64,000 nt of DNA. It comes from Desulfovibrionaceae bacterium (GTDB lineage: Bacteria > Desulfobacterota > Desulfovibrionia > Desulfovibrionales > Desulfovibrionaceae). Below the pieces are notes generated by a model. It saw only the letters and a program-made list of their open reading frames with translations. It searched no databases and was not told the origin of the DNA. The stretch is taken from positions 23,284 to 87,283 of the forward strand of contig JAVBOK010000018.1 of NCBI GenBank assembly GCA_031550605.1. Reading direction: 5' to 3'. The position numbers and the translations under genes were made by a program. This document shows, piece by piece, positions 1 to 8,106 of the stretch (position 1 is its first letter; every line of letters starts with the position of its first letter).

Positions 1-507
1 AACGCAGAACCTATGATCTGCCCCGGACGAAGGAGCGGGCGGCGGAACCGCCCTTTGCGGCCGGCCAGCGCACGGCAGCGCGTAAAAATACAGATGCGGC
101 GCCATGGCATCTTGGTGAAAATACTCGGTAAATTATAAAAAAACACACGCGAATATCACGCGATACCGGGTACCGGCGTCCGGTTGCAAAAATTCCGATG
201 CTCATTGTGCGAGGGATTTCCGCAAGGAACGGCGGTTGGAAAAGGTGATTTTCAACTCCCGTACGCCGCGTATCACGGCGCAAAATCCTGACGGATTTTG
301 TAGCGTTTGTCTGAGTTGTGCGCGCCAAGTCCAGCAACGTGTGCTTTCCGGCTGCGGTTCTGGTTCGAGCCGGCGGCCGGGAACGGCCCGGCAAAAACTC
401 GGCGGAAGCCGCCGCCGGAGCCAGAAAAACCGGGACAAGGAGCGGCAATTGCTATATCTGACGGACAGGAATTCATTGTTTCCACGATACGGCTTCAGGA
501 TCAGACT

Positions 508-1209
508 ATGCGCATAGGCGGTCTGCAACGGACATCCGGCCTGGATTATCCGGGCCTGCTCAGCGCCGTGGTGTTCACGGCCGGGTGCAATTTCAACTGT
601 CCTTACTGCCACAACGCCGATCTTGCGCGCGGCAGGACGCGGCCGTTGAACGACGGGGCCGTGCTGGGTTTTCTGGTCCGGCGCGGCCGCGTTCTGGACG
701 GGCTGGTCATCAGCGGCGGGGAACCCACCCTGCAGCCGGACCTGCCGGCATTTTGCGCGGCGGCGAAAGCCCTGGGCTACGCCGTCAAACTGGACACCAA
801 CGGCAGCCGGCCCGATGTGCTGCGGCGCATGCTCGCCCTCAGGGTGCTCGACTATGTGGCGCTGGATGTGAAAGCCGATCCCCGGAACTATCCGCCGGCA
901 ATCAGCCCCGGTCCTGCCGGGGACGCCGTCGGGGACAGCATCGCCGCCCTGGCCCAAAGCGGCGTGCCCCACGAGTTCCGGGTGACGGCGGTTGCGCCGT
1001 TCATTGACGCGCGCGGTTTCACGGCCATTCTGGGCGCCCTGGATAACGCGGGCGGCCGGGCGCCCCTGTTCCTGCAGAAAGCCCGCCTGGAAAAGGTGCT
1101 CGATCCGGATTTCTTCACGAAAAAAAAGGGCAGGGCCCTGAACGCGGCGGAACTGGAAGAACTGCGCGGCCTGGCCGCAAGGCGCGGCCGGGAATGCGCG
1201 ATTCGCTGA
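508..1209 (+). CDS. radical SAM activating enzyme, anaerobic ribonucleotide reductase activase (NrdG2-like) family
   Basis: Lies inside ORF 307..1209. The ATG at 508 precedes FTAGCNFNCPYCHN (CxxxCxxC radical SAM cluster motif) and ISGGEPTL. The resulting length of about 233 aa fits this family. Confidence 0.7.
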   Translation: MRIGGLQRTSGLDYPGLLSAVVFTAGCNFNCPYCHNADLARGRTRPLNDGAVLGFLVRRGRVLDGLVISGGEPTLQPDLPAFCAAAKALGYAVKLDTNGSRPDVLRRMLALRVLDYVALDVKADPRNYPPAISPGPAGDAVGDSIAALAQSGVPHEFRVTAVAPFIDARGFTAILGALDNAGGRAPLFLQKARLEKVLDPDFFTKKKGRALNAAELEELRGLAARRGRECAIR

Positions 1210-1267
1210 TCCCCTGGAGCAGTTTAATTTTGAAGGCTGTATCACGCGCAAACGCAGAAAGACAAGA

Positions 1268-1400
1268 AAGCATCTTTTCTCGCATGCGGACAAGCCGAAG
1301 CGGCTTGTCCTAAAGGCACGCTACGCTGTCGCTTGCGGGCGGATACTTCGCTGCGCTGCGTATCCGCCGGAGCGTTTTCAAAGTGAAAACGCTCCGGCGT
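1268..1400 (+). repeat. intergenic structured repeat, family A, copy 1 (three hairpins)
   Basis: H1 is GGACAAGCC-gaagc-GGCTTGTCC (1288..1310). H2 is GCGGATAC-n13-GTATCCGC (1339..1367). H3 is CCGGAGCGTTTTCA-aag-TGAAAACGCTCCGG (1367..1397). The same unit recurs near 3862, 12936, 32545, 50190 and 51750. Confidence 0.75.
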
Positions 1401-1413
1401 CCGCTGTTCCGGC

Positions 1414-2883
1414 CTACTTCTTTCCTTTTTTCGTGTGCGAAGACCGGAAATGCACCCGCAGAGGCGCATGCTCCAGTTTGAACATGGTCCGCAGGGATTT
1501 TTCCACGTAGCGGGCGTACGAAGGCAACACCCGTTCCTCGTTGTTCACGAAAAACACGAAGGTCGGCGGCGCGATTTCCGCCTGGGTCATGTAGTAGAAT
1601 TTGGCCCGGCTGCCCTTGACCAGGGGCGGCTGGTGCCGCATCAGGATGCTTTCGAACGCCCGGTTCAGTTCTCCGGTGGGGATGCGCCGGCCGCATTCCT
1701 TGCGGATGCGGTCCGCCAGCGGCACGATCTTTTTCAAATTTTTCCCGGTCAGGGCGGAAACGAAAAGCAGCGGCACATGGGGGCAAAAGACCAGGGCTTC
1801 CGCATAGTCCCGTTCGCAGGTTTTCATCTCCCGGGGGCTCATCAGGTCGCACTTGTTGACCAGCACCATAAAGGGGGTCATCCGCTCGCTCAGAAGGTCG
1901 ATCAGGCGCTTGTCCTGCTGGGCCAGGCCCGCCGGCCCGTCCACCACCAGCAGCGTGACGTGGGCTTTGGTGGTGCTTTTGATGGACGAATTCACGCTGT
2001 ACCGTTCCACCGTATCCGCCACCCTGGAAGGACGCCGCACCCCGGCGGTATCCACAAAGGTCACGGCCCGGCCGCCGACATCGGCGGACACGTCCACGCT
2101 GTCGCGGGTGGTGCCCGCGATGTCGCTGACTATCATGCGCGCCGTGCCGGCCAGAACGTTGACCAGCGAGGATTTGCCCGCGTTGGGCCGCCCCAGGAAG
2201 GCCAGGCGCAGGGGGGCGCCGTCCGCTTCGTCCGCCGCGCCCTCTCCGCCTTCCGCCCCCTCCGCCCCGGCGTCCGTATCCGGCGGCAGAAAATCGCGCA
2301 TGGCGTCTTCCAGAGCCCGGACGTTGAACCCGTGCTCCGCGGAACAGGGCAGCAGCGGCAGCCCCAGGGCGTAGAATTCCGCGGACAGCCGGTCCGCCTG
2401 CTCCTCGCCGTCCACCTTGTTCACCGCCAGCAGGGCGGGCTTGCCGGACCGGCGCGCGTAGGCGGCCACGTGCTCGTCACAGGGGGTCAGGCCGTCGCGG
2501 GCGTCGACCACCAGCACCAGCGCCACGGATTCGGCAATGGCCGCTTCCGCCTGGCGCAGGATTTCCGCCTCGAACCCGCGGGAGATGGCCGGGCCTTCGG
2601 CCACGGCGGCGTGCGCGTCAAGGGTCACCCCGCCGGTATCGATCAGGACGAACGGGCGCTGCCCGCCCCCGCGCACAACCCCTTCCATGCGGTCGCGGGT
2701 GATGCCGGCCTGGTCGTGGGTGATGGCCCGTTTGCTGCGGATCAGACGGTTGAACAGGGTTGATTTGCCCACGTTGGGCCGGCCGATCAGGGCGATTTTC
2801 GGCGTATCGCCGCGCGGCGGCTGGTACGGGTCGGAGCGTTTCTGCATGCGGGCTATGTACAGCTTCCCGCGGGGCTTGTCCAT
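1414..2883 (-). CDS. der: ribosome-associated GTPase Der (EngA), two tandem GTPase domains
   Basis: Two P-loops are present, GRPNVGKSTLFNRL and GRPNAGKSSLVN, each followed by DTAG/DTGG, plus a KH-like C-terminus. The start is uncertain between ATG 2883 and ATG 2847; the upstream part of the ORF track entry overlaps the rpiR promoter region. Confidence 0.88.
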   Translation of the reverse strand: MDKPRGKLYIARMQKRSDPYQPPRGDTPKIALIGRPNVGKSTLFNRLIRSKRAITHDQAGITRDRMEGVVRGGGQRPFVLIDTGGVTLDAHAAVAEGPAISRGFEAEILRQAEAAIAESVALVLVVDARDGLTPCDEHVAAYARRSGKPALLAVNKVDGEEQADRLSAEFYALGLPLLPCSAEHGFNVRALEDAMRDFLPPDTDAGAEGAEGGEGAADEADGAPLRLAFLGRPNAGKSSLVNVLAGTARMIVSDIAGTTRDSVDVSADVGGRAVTFVDTAGVRRPSRVADTVERYSVNSSIKSTTKAHVTLLVVDGPAGLAQQDKRLIDLLSERMTPFMVLVNKCDLMSPREMKTCERDYAEALVFCPHVPLLFVSALTGKNLKKIVPLADRIRKECGRRIPTGELNRAFESILMRHQPPLVKGSRAKFYYMTQAEIAPPTFVFFVNNEERVLPSYARYVEKSLRTMFKLEHAPLRVHFRSSHTKKGKK

Positions 2884-2983
2884 GCGCGGGCATGGCCGCG
2901 CGCGGAATAATTCCCCTTGCCTGCCAATGGACCTGATTGTATCAAGGGACAGTCCAATCCCCTTCACCCCAATTGAGGACGCC

Positions 2984-3853
2984 ATGCCCAAACCGCCGCT
3001 GCTGCAACGTCTGGCTCAAGTGGAAGATCTGACTCCCAGCGAAAGGAAACTGGCGGCGCTGTTCCGGCGCGAATACCCCCATCTGGCCTTTGACAACCTG
3101 ACGGACATCAGCGCCAAGGGCGGCGTGGGCAAGGCCACGGTGACCCGCTTTGTCCAGCGGCTGGGCTATCTGAATTTTTACGATTTCAGCAAAACCCTGC
3201 GCGACGAAGTCGTGCAGCATATGGATTCCCCCCTGCACCGTCTGTCCCGCATGAATCAGGAAGTGGCGGAAGCCGCGCCGGACAGGGTGTTTTCCGAATA
3301 CCTCGATTCCGCCATCCTGAACCTGCAGCGGACCAAGGAACTGCATTCCGGCAGGAATTTCGCCGCCGCCGTGGACCTTCTGGCCGATGCCAAACGCCCG
3401 CTGTTTTTGATGGGCGCTGTTTCCGCCGAAGGGATCATGAGCTATTTCGCGCAGCTTTTGTGCTATTTCCGCGACAACGTGACGCTGCTCAACGGCAACG
3501 TGTCCACCATCGCCCACCGCATCGTGAAAATCGAACCCGAGGCGGTGCTGCTGACCTTTTCCTACAACCGCTATCCCAAGATCACGGGCAACGCCATGCG
3601 GGTGTTCCACCAGGCCGGGTGCCAGACCATCCTCATTACCGAACGCCGGTCCTGCCCCCTGCTGCGCCACACCACCGTGCCCATTTTTGTGGAAGCCGAA
3701 GGGCCGGGCATGCTGAAAAGCCGCTGCGCGGGCGTCGCCGCCCTGGAAGCCCTGCTGGCGGCCCTGACCCCCCGCCTTTCCGACCGCATCACCCGGCGGC
3801 TGGAATCCATGACCCGCCTGTTCACCGATTTTGACGTGTACTTTCACCAGTAG
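2984..3853 (+). CDS. RpiR/MurR-family transcriptional regulator (HTH plus SIS domain)
   Basis: ATG 2984 is preceded by GAGGA. The N-terminal HTH reads LTPSERKLAALFRREYP...ISAKGGVGKATVTRFVQRLGY, followed by a SIS-like region. The 5' part of ORF 2537..3853 is antisense to der and is not used. Confidence 0.8.
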   Translation: MPKPPLLQRLAQVEDLTPSERKLAALFRREYPHLAFDNLTDISAKGGVGKATVTRFVQRLGYLNFYDFSKTLRDEVVQHMDSPLHRLSRMNQEVAEAAPDRVFSEYLDSAILNLQRTKELHSGRNFAAAVDLLADAKRPLFLMGAVSAEGIMSYFAQLLCYFRDNVTLLNGNVSTIAHRIVKIEPEAVLLTFSYNRYPKITGNAMRVFHQAGCQTILITERRSCPLLRHTTVPIFVEAEGPGMLKSRCAGVAALEALLAALTPRLSDRITRRLESMTRLFTDFDVYFHQ

Positions 3854-3861
3854 ATAGTGCG

Positions 3862-3998
3862 GTTTTCCAAAGCCGGAACGCCCTGGAGGCCGCGCGGCAC
3901 AGCGGAGCGGCCGCCCGCAAGAGGACAGCGCGGCGTGTTTCCGGTGCAGGCCGCTTCGGCTTGTCCGCATCCGGAAAAAGACGTCCTTTCAACACGGC
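3862..3998 (-). repeat. family A repeat, copy 2 (inverted relative to copy 1, H1 partly degenerate)
   Basis: The reverse complement reads ...tctttttccggatgcggacaagccgaagcggcctg...cgctgtcctcttgcgggcgg...gaaaaccgc. This aligns by eye with 1268..1400. Confidence 0.65.
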
Positions 3999-4083
3999 CG
4001 GGCAAAAAACCGCAGCGCGGCGCGCTTCGGGCCGGGCCGTCCGCTTGCGAAACCGTCTTTGAATCCGCGCCGGCGCCCATGAC

Positions 4084-4115
4084 AAAAAACGCCTGCCCGG
4101 CGTCCGGTGCAGGCG
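4084..4115 (-). terminator. rho-independent terminator downstream of the small porin-like gene
   Basis: The minus strand reads CGCCTGCaCCGG-acg-CCGGGCAGGCG followed by TTTTTT. Confidence 0.7.
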
Positions 4116-4137
4116 GCCTTGCGCGTTTTCCGGCGCG

Positions 4138-4683
4138 TCAGAACGAGTACTGCACCCGCAGCATGGCCGCGAAATTGTCCGCCGCGCTGCGGTTCTGCGT
4201 ATCCGCCTCCGTCGCGATGTAGGCGAAATCCAGGGCGATGCCCAAATTTTCGTTCACCCGGTAGAAATTGAGCAACCCCAGCCCCCAGGCCGCGTCAAAA
4301 GGCAAATTCCGGTCCGGCGCGGCATCCGGGCCGGGGGCGAAACCCGCGATTCCGCCGTTTTCGGCGCCGCGCACATACGCCACGCGAGCCTGATGGGTCA
4401 GGCCGGGGACAAGGCTCAGGCTGGCAAGCGGCAACGCGCGCCCCCACAGACCGGAACCGGCGGCGGACGCGGGATGGGCGCGGAACGGGACGCCTTGCGG
4501 AACGGGCGCGCCGCCGCCGGGACCGAGCGCCACCAGGGCGTCGAGAAAGGGCAGGGTAAAGAAAAACCCGTCGGCATGGCCGCAACGCCATTGTCCCCGG
4601 CCCGCGTCCGGGTCCGAGGCAAACGCGCTTCCCGCGCCCAGAATGCAGCAGAACGCCATGACCAGGGCGATGATTCCGCGCAT
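4138..4683 (-). CDS. small secreted protein homologous to the C-terminal third of the adjacent porin
   Basis: It has a signal peptide (MRGIIALVMAFCCILGAGSAFA) and an SD sequence GGGAGGAA upstream of ATG 4683. The C-terminus YRVNENLGIALDFAYIATEADTQNRSAADNFAAMLRVQYSF parallels YKVNENLTIALDFAYVSMNMGPQNRDTNDSFAAMLGFQYAF of the 4857..6287 product. It has its own terminator. Confidence 0.6.
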   Translation of the reverse strand: MRGIIALVMAFCCILGAGSAFASDPDAGRGQWRCGHADGFFFTLPFLDALVALGPGGGAPVPQGVPFRAHPASAAGSGLWGRALPLASLSLVPGLTHQARVAYVRGAENGGIAGFAPGPDAAPDRNLPFDAAWGLGLLNFYRVNENLGIALDFAYIATEADTQNRSAADNFAAMLRVQYSF

Positions 4684-4856
4684 GTGCTTTTCCTCCCTTG
4701 CCGATCAAACGCATGCCGTCCGCCGGTGAGGGGAAGGCACTATCAGGAATACACGGTCTGAAAAATAATGTCAAAAAAGAAAAAGAAATAGCTGGAAGCG
4801 GATAAAAAAACCGGGGACCCGAAGGCCCCCGGCGAAACGTCCGCAGTTTCGGACAA

Positions 4857-6287
4857 TTAGAAAGCGTACTGGAAGCCCAGCATGGCCGCGAAGCTGTCGT
4901 TGGTGTCGCGGTTCTGGGGACCCATGTTCATGGAAACGTACGCGAAATCCAGGGCGATGGTCAGGTTTTCGTTGACCTTGTATTCGTTGTCCAGGTTGAT
5001 TTCCCAGCCGGAGTCGGAGGTCATCAGGTAGCCAGGGTGAGAGCCGTTGATGGCGCCGACGCCGTTGCCGCCGATGGGGTAGAAGGTGTTGCGGGTGTAG
5101 GGGGTGTTGCTGCCGTCGCCTTCGTTGGTGCCGCGGAAGTATATCACGCGGGCGGTGTGCTTCAGGTTCTGCACGAAGGACAGGTCGGCGATTTCCGCGC
5201 CCAGGCCCCAGGTGCCGATGCCGCTGGTGCTGACGGCGCAGTCGCCGTTACGCCAACGCTGGTTGGAGAAGCCGTAGCGGCTCATCAGGAAGCCGTTGTC
5301 GTCGGACACGATGGGCATGGTGCCGCGGTCGTCTTTCGCCTTGTCGCCGGAAGCGTACCAGGCCAGCAGGCTGGTGGTGCCCCAGGAGAACTTGTAGCCG
5401 GCCTGCAGGGCCGCATAGTAGCCCCAGGTGTCGCTGTCGGAGTCGCCGGTTTCCAGGCCGCCCATCATGGCGTCCATCTTCACGAAGAAAGGATCGATAA
5501 TGGGCAGTTCAAAGGTCGTGCCGAACCACCAGCCGTAGGTCTGGCTGTCAACATTGCCCCAGTTGCGCATACCGCGGCCGCGGCCGTTGCCGGTGCTGTT
5601 GCCGGCGCCCTGCACGGTCATGTCGCCGTTGTTCTGGGTGGTGTAGTAGGTGCTGTCCTTGCCGATCATGGCGAACATGCCCCAGGGGGTCAGACGCACG
5701 GCCTGGGTCTTGACGGGCAGCATGAAGCCGAACATGTCCATTTCGTCGTTCAGGTTAGTGGAGCCTTCGCCTTGAGAGATGTCGTACGGACGAGCCCAGA
5801 ACACGGTCAGGCCGACTTCGGGGGTGAACTGGGTGGACACGGTCACGCCGGCCACGTCAGCGTCCATAACCGGGTTGCCGGCCACGACCCAGGGCAGACG
5901 CAGGCCCTGCACGCCTTGGCGGGTCTTGATCTGGGTGCCGGGAAGGGTCCAGTCAAGATACGCGTGCTTCACTTTGATCATGCTGGTGTTGTCGGCATCC
6001 AGACGGCCGCCGTCACGGCCGTACTGCAGGTCGCCGATTTCGAAGTTCAACAGCGCGCTCAGGGTTTCAGAGGCGATGAAGCTGATCTGGGTGCGCAGAC
6101 GCATGCGGAACATGGTGTTGTCGTAATGCGCGCCGTCGCTGCGGCTGGCTTTGTACATGCTGTAGTTTTCGTAATAGCCGTAGCTCCACTGCCACTGGCC
6201 GTTCACTTTCACGTCGATGGCGGCGGCGGTGCCCAGGGAGCCCAGGATAAAGCCGGCGGCCATGATCAGCGTGATCAGTTTTTTCAT
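4857..6287 (-). CDS. outer-membrane beta-barrel porin
   Basis: ATG 6287 has the SD sequence GGAAAGGAAG. The signal peptide is MKKLITLIMAAGFILGSLGTAAA. The protein is rich in aromatic/Gly/Asn/Asp residues with an alternating beta-strand pattern and ends in the OMP signature ...FQYAF. Confidence 0.75.
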   Translation of the reverse strand: MKKLITLIMAAGFILGSLGTAAAIDVKVNGQWQWSYGYYENYSMYKASRSDGAHYDNTMFRMRLRTQISFIASETLSALLNFEIGDLQYGRDGGRLDADNTSMIKVKHAYLDWTLPGTQIKTRQGVQGLRLPWVVAGNPVMDADVAGVTVSTQFTPEVGLTVFWARPYDISQGEGSTNLNDEMDMFGFMLPVKTQAVRLTPWGMFAMIGKDSTYYTTQNNGDMTVQGAGNSTGNGRGRGMRNWGNVDSQTYGWWFGTTFELPIIDPFFVKMDAMMGGLETGDSDSDTWGYYAALQAGYKFSWGTTSLLAWYASGDKAKDDRGTMPIVSDDNGFLMSRYGFSNQRWRNGDCAVSTSGIGTWGLGAEIADLSFVQNLKHTARVIYFRGTNEGDGSNTPYTRNTFYPIGGNGVGAINGSHPGYLMTSDSGWEINLDNEYKVNENLTIALDFAYVSMNMGPQNRDTNDSFAAMLGFQYAF

Positions 6288-6658
6288 GGTTTCTTCCTTT
6301 CCTTTTGCGAAATTTGTAAATGCATTGCCTCTGCGGACGTTTCGGGGCCGCCCTTTACAGGCCGGCTTACTTGGCGATGTAGCCGCGTCAAAATTTTCTG
6401 TCAATGTAAAGTTCAAATATTTTCACGCCCCCAAACGATGTTTCCCCATATTTAGCTAATTTATTTATTTTTTTTCTGAAAGCAACCCGGATCATTTTTC
6501 GCGCTCCGGCATTCCGGGTAAAAATTTTTCTACCCATGTGATCGGCCTTATTTTCTTTTTTAGCACTTGCCTAAAACCATCTTCTATTGGTAAAGCCAAA
6601 AATAGCGAAAACCCCTTGCCCGGTCTTCGCCACAACCTATCGTACCGGGGGTTCTGTC

Positions 6659-6958
6659 ATGCAACGCATTTTCCGCGCCGCCGCTGTTTCCTTCTTTTTG
6701 CTGTTCGCTTTCGCCGCCGTCTGTTTTTCCGCCGACGCCGCCGCCCTGTACCAGCGCTGCGTCGGCTGCCACGGGGCCGACGGGTCCAAGCCGCCCCACG
6801 TGGTCAAAGGCCAGAGCGCCGACGCCCTGCTGGCCAAGATGAAAGGGTACGCCGACGGCACCTACGGCGGCGCCCAGAAAGGCCTGATGGCCAACCTGGT
6901 CAAGAACCTTTCCCCGGAAGACATGAAAGTTCTGGCCGGCCACATGGCCAAGTTCTAA
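6659..6958 (+). CDS. monohaem cytochrome c553
   Basis: A signal peptide is followed by ADAAALYQRCVGCHGADGSK...KMKGYADGTYGG...M. The CxxCH haem site and distal Met closely resemble Desulfovibrio cytochrome c553 as I recall it. Confidence 0.85.
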   Translation: MQRIFRAAAVSFFLLFAFAAVCFSADAAALYQRCVGCHGADGSKPPHVVKGQSADALLAKMKGYADGTYGGAQKGLMANLVKNLSPEDMKVLAGHMAKF

Positions 6959-6985
6959 GCCGCCGCCACGCCGCAGGGTACACGG

Positions 6986-8035
6986 ATGCGTATGGTGCGC
7001 CGTTTCGCAGGCATGCTGCTGGCTTTCTCGCTGGCCTTTTCCGGCCCGCCGGGCGCGGTCCCGGCGGCCGCCGGAGCGGATTCCGCAATCCCTCCGGGGG
7101 GGCTTGCGGAGCAAGCCGGCCCGCCAGGGTCCTGGAGCGACAAGGCCGCGTTTGCCGGGCACGGATCGGCGAACGTGGCTGCGTCCGCCGGAGCGGAAGC
7201 GGCCATTCCCGTCCTGCCCGGACCGGGGATCGCGACCCCGGAACTGGCCCGCCGCGCGGCGGAGAAATCCGCCACGGTCAAGTCCCTGCCCAAGGAGCAG
7301 CTTGACTATTACGCCGGGGTGGATGAACGCCTGGGGCAGGTGGTTCCCCGGGGCATCACCGTCCGGGACGAGGACGGCAGGACCCGCGATTTCGCCGAGT
7401 TTCTGGACAAGCCCGCGCTGCTGGCGCCGGTGTATTTTTCCTGCCCGGCCACCTGCCATCTGCTGCTCGGCACCCTGGCCGGCACCCTGCCCCGCATGGT
7501 GGAGCGCGACAAGGACGGGAAGATCACCGGCGGGCTTCTGCCCGGCCGCGATTACCGCGTCCTGTCCGTCAGCTTCGACGAAACCGACACCCCGCAACTG
7601 GCCAGCCGCCGCAAAAACAACTTCCTTGCCGCCCTGGATTTCGCCTATCCGCCCGACGGCTGGCGTTTTCTGACCGCGGACAGGGAATCCATCCGCGCCC
7701 TGATGCACGCCGTGGGTTTCCGTTTCAAGCGCGAAGGCCGCGATTTCATCCACCCCTCGGTGATGATGGCCCTTGCGCCGGGCGGCAAGGTCACCCGGTA
7801 TCTGTACGGGCAGAGCTTCATGCCTTTCGACCTGACCATGGCCGTCAGCGAGGCGGAACAGGGCCTCATCGGCCTGTCCGTCAAGCGCATGGTCAGCTAT
7901 TGCTTCACCTATGACCCGGCCAGCCGCAAGTACGTGTTCAACTTCGTGCGCGTGGCCGGCATCTGCATTCTGGGCGGGGCCGGACTCTTCTTTCTGGCCC
8001 TGGTGCTTGCCCCGCGCCGGAAGAAAAAAACGTGA
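6986..8035 (+). CDS. SCO1/SenC-family copper chaperone-like protein with C-terminal membrane anchor
   Basis: It has a thioredoxin-fold CxxxC (YFSCPATCHLLLG), lies directly upstream of coxI, and carries a C-terminal hydrophobic helix. Its stop overlaps GTG 8032 (GTGA). Confidence 0.65.
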   Translation: MRMVRRFAGMLLAFSLAFSGPPGAVPAAAGADSAIPPGGLAEQAGPPGSWSDKAAFAGHGSANVAASAGAEAAIPVLPGPGIATPELARRAAEKSATVKSLPKEQLDYYAGVDERLGQVVPRGITVRDEDGRTRDFAEFLDKPALLAPVYFSCPATCHLLLGTLAGTLPRMVERDKDGKITGGLLPGRDYRVLSVSFDETDTPQLASRRKNNFLAALDFAYPPDGWRFLTADRESIRALMHAVGFRFKREGRDFIHPSVMMALAPGGKVTRYLYGQSFMPFDLTMAVSEAEQGLIGLSVKRMVSYCFTYDPASRKYVFNFVRVAGICILGGAGLFFLALVLAPRRKKKT

Positions 8036-8106
8036 CCAAAGGGGCGCGGCCCCTTGGCAAGGGGTTCGGGGGACAGGATCCCCCGGCCGCCGGAGGCATA
8101 GCGCGT

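Noticed and set aside
1-143. Partial gene at the left window edge (either strand)
   Set aside because: Open frames reach the edge, but the short translations carry no recognisable motif and cannot be supported from about 100 nt.
100-507. Cobalamin riboswitch or NrdR box in the nrdG-like leader
   Set aside because: No B12-box-like or ACACwAtATaTwGTGT-like sequence was recognisable by eye, so it is left as an open low-interest note only.
2537-2983. N-terminal extensions offered by the ORF track (2537..3853, 54257..57553, 58697..60961, 53295..54638, 17403..18416, 13094..14215, 31178..32512)
   Set aside because: The extended parts overlap neighbouring genes or repeats and have Arg/Pro-rich composition. 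In each case an internal ATG or GTG with a Shine-Dalgarno sequence precedes the first recognisable domain.
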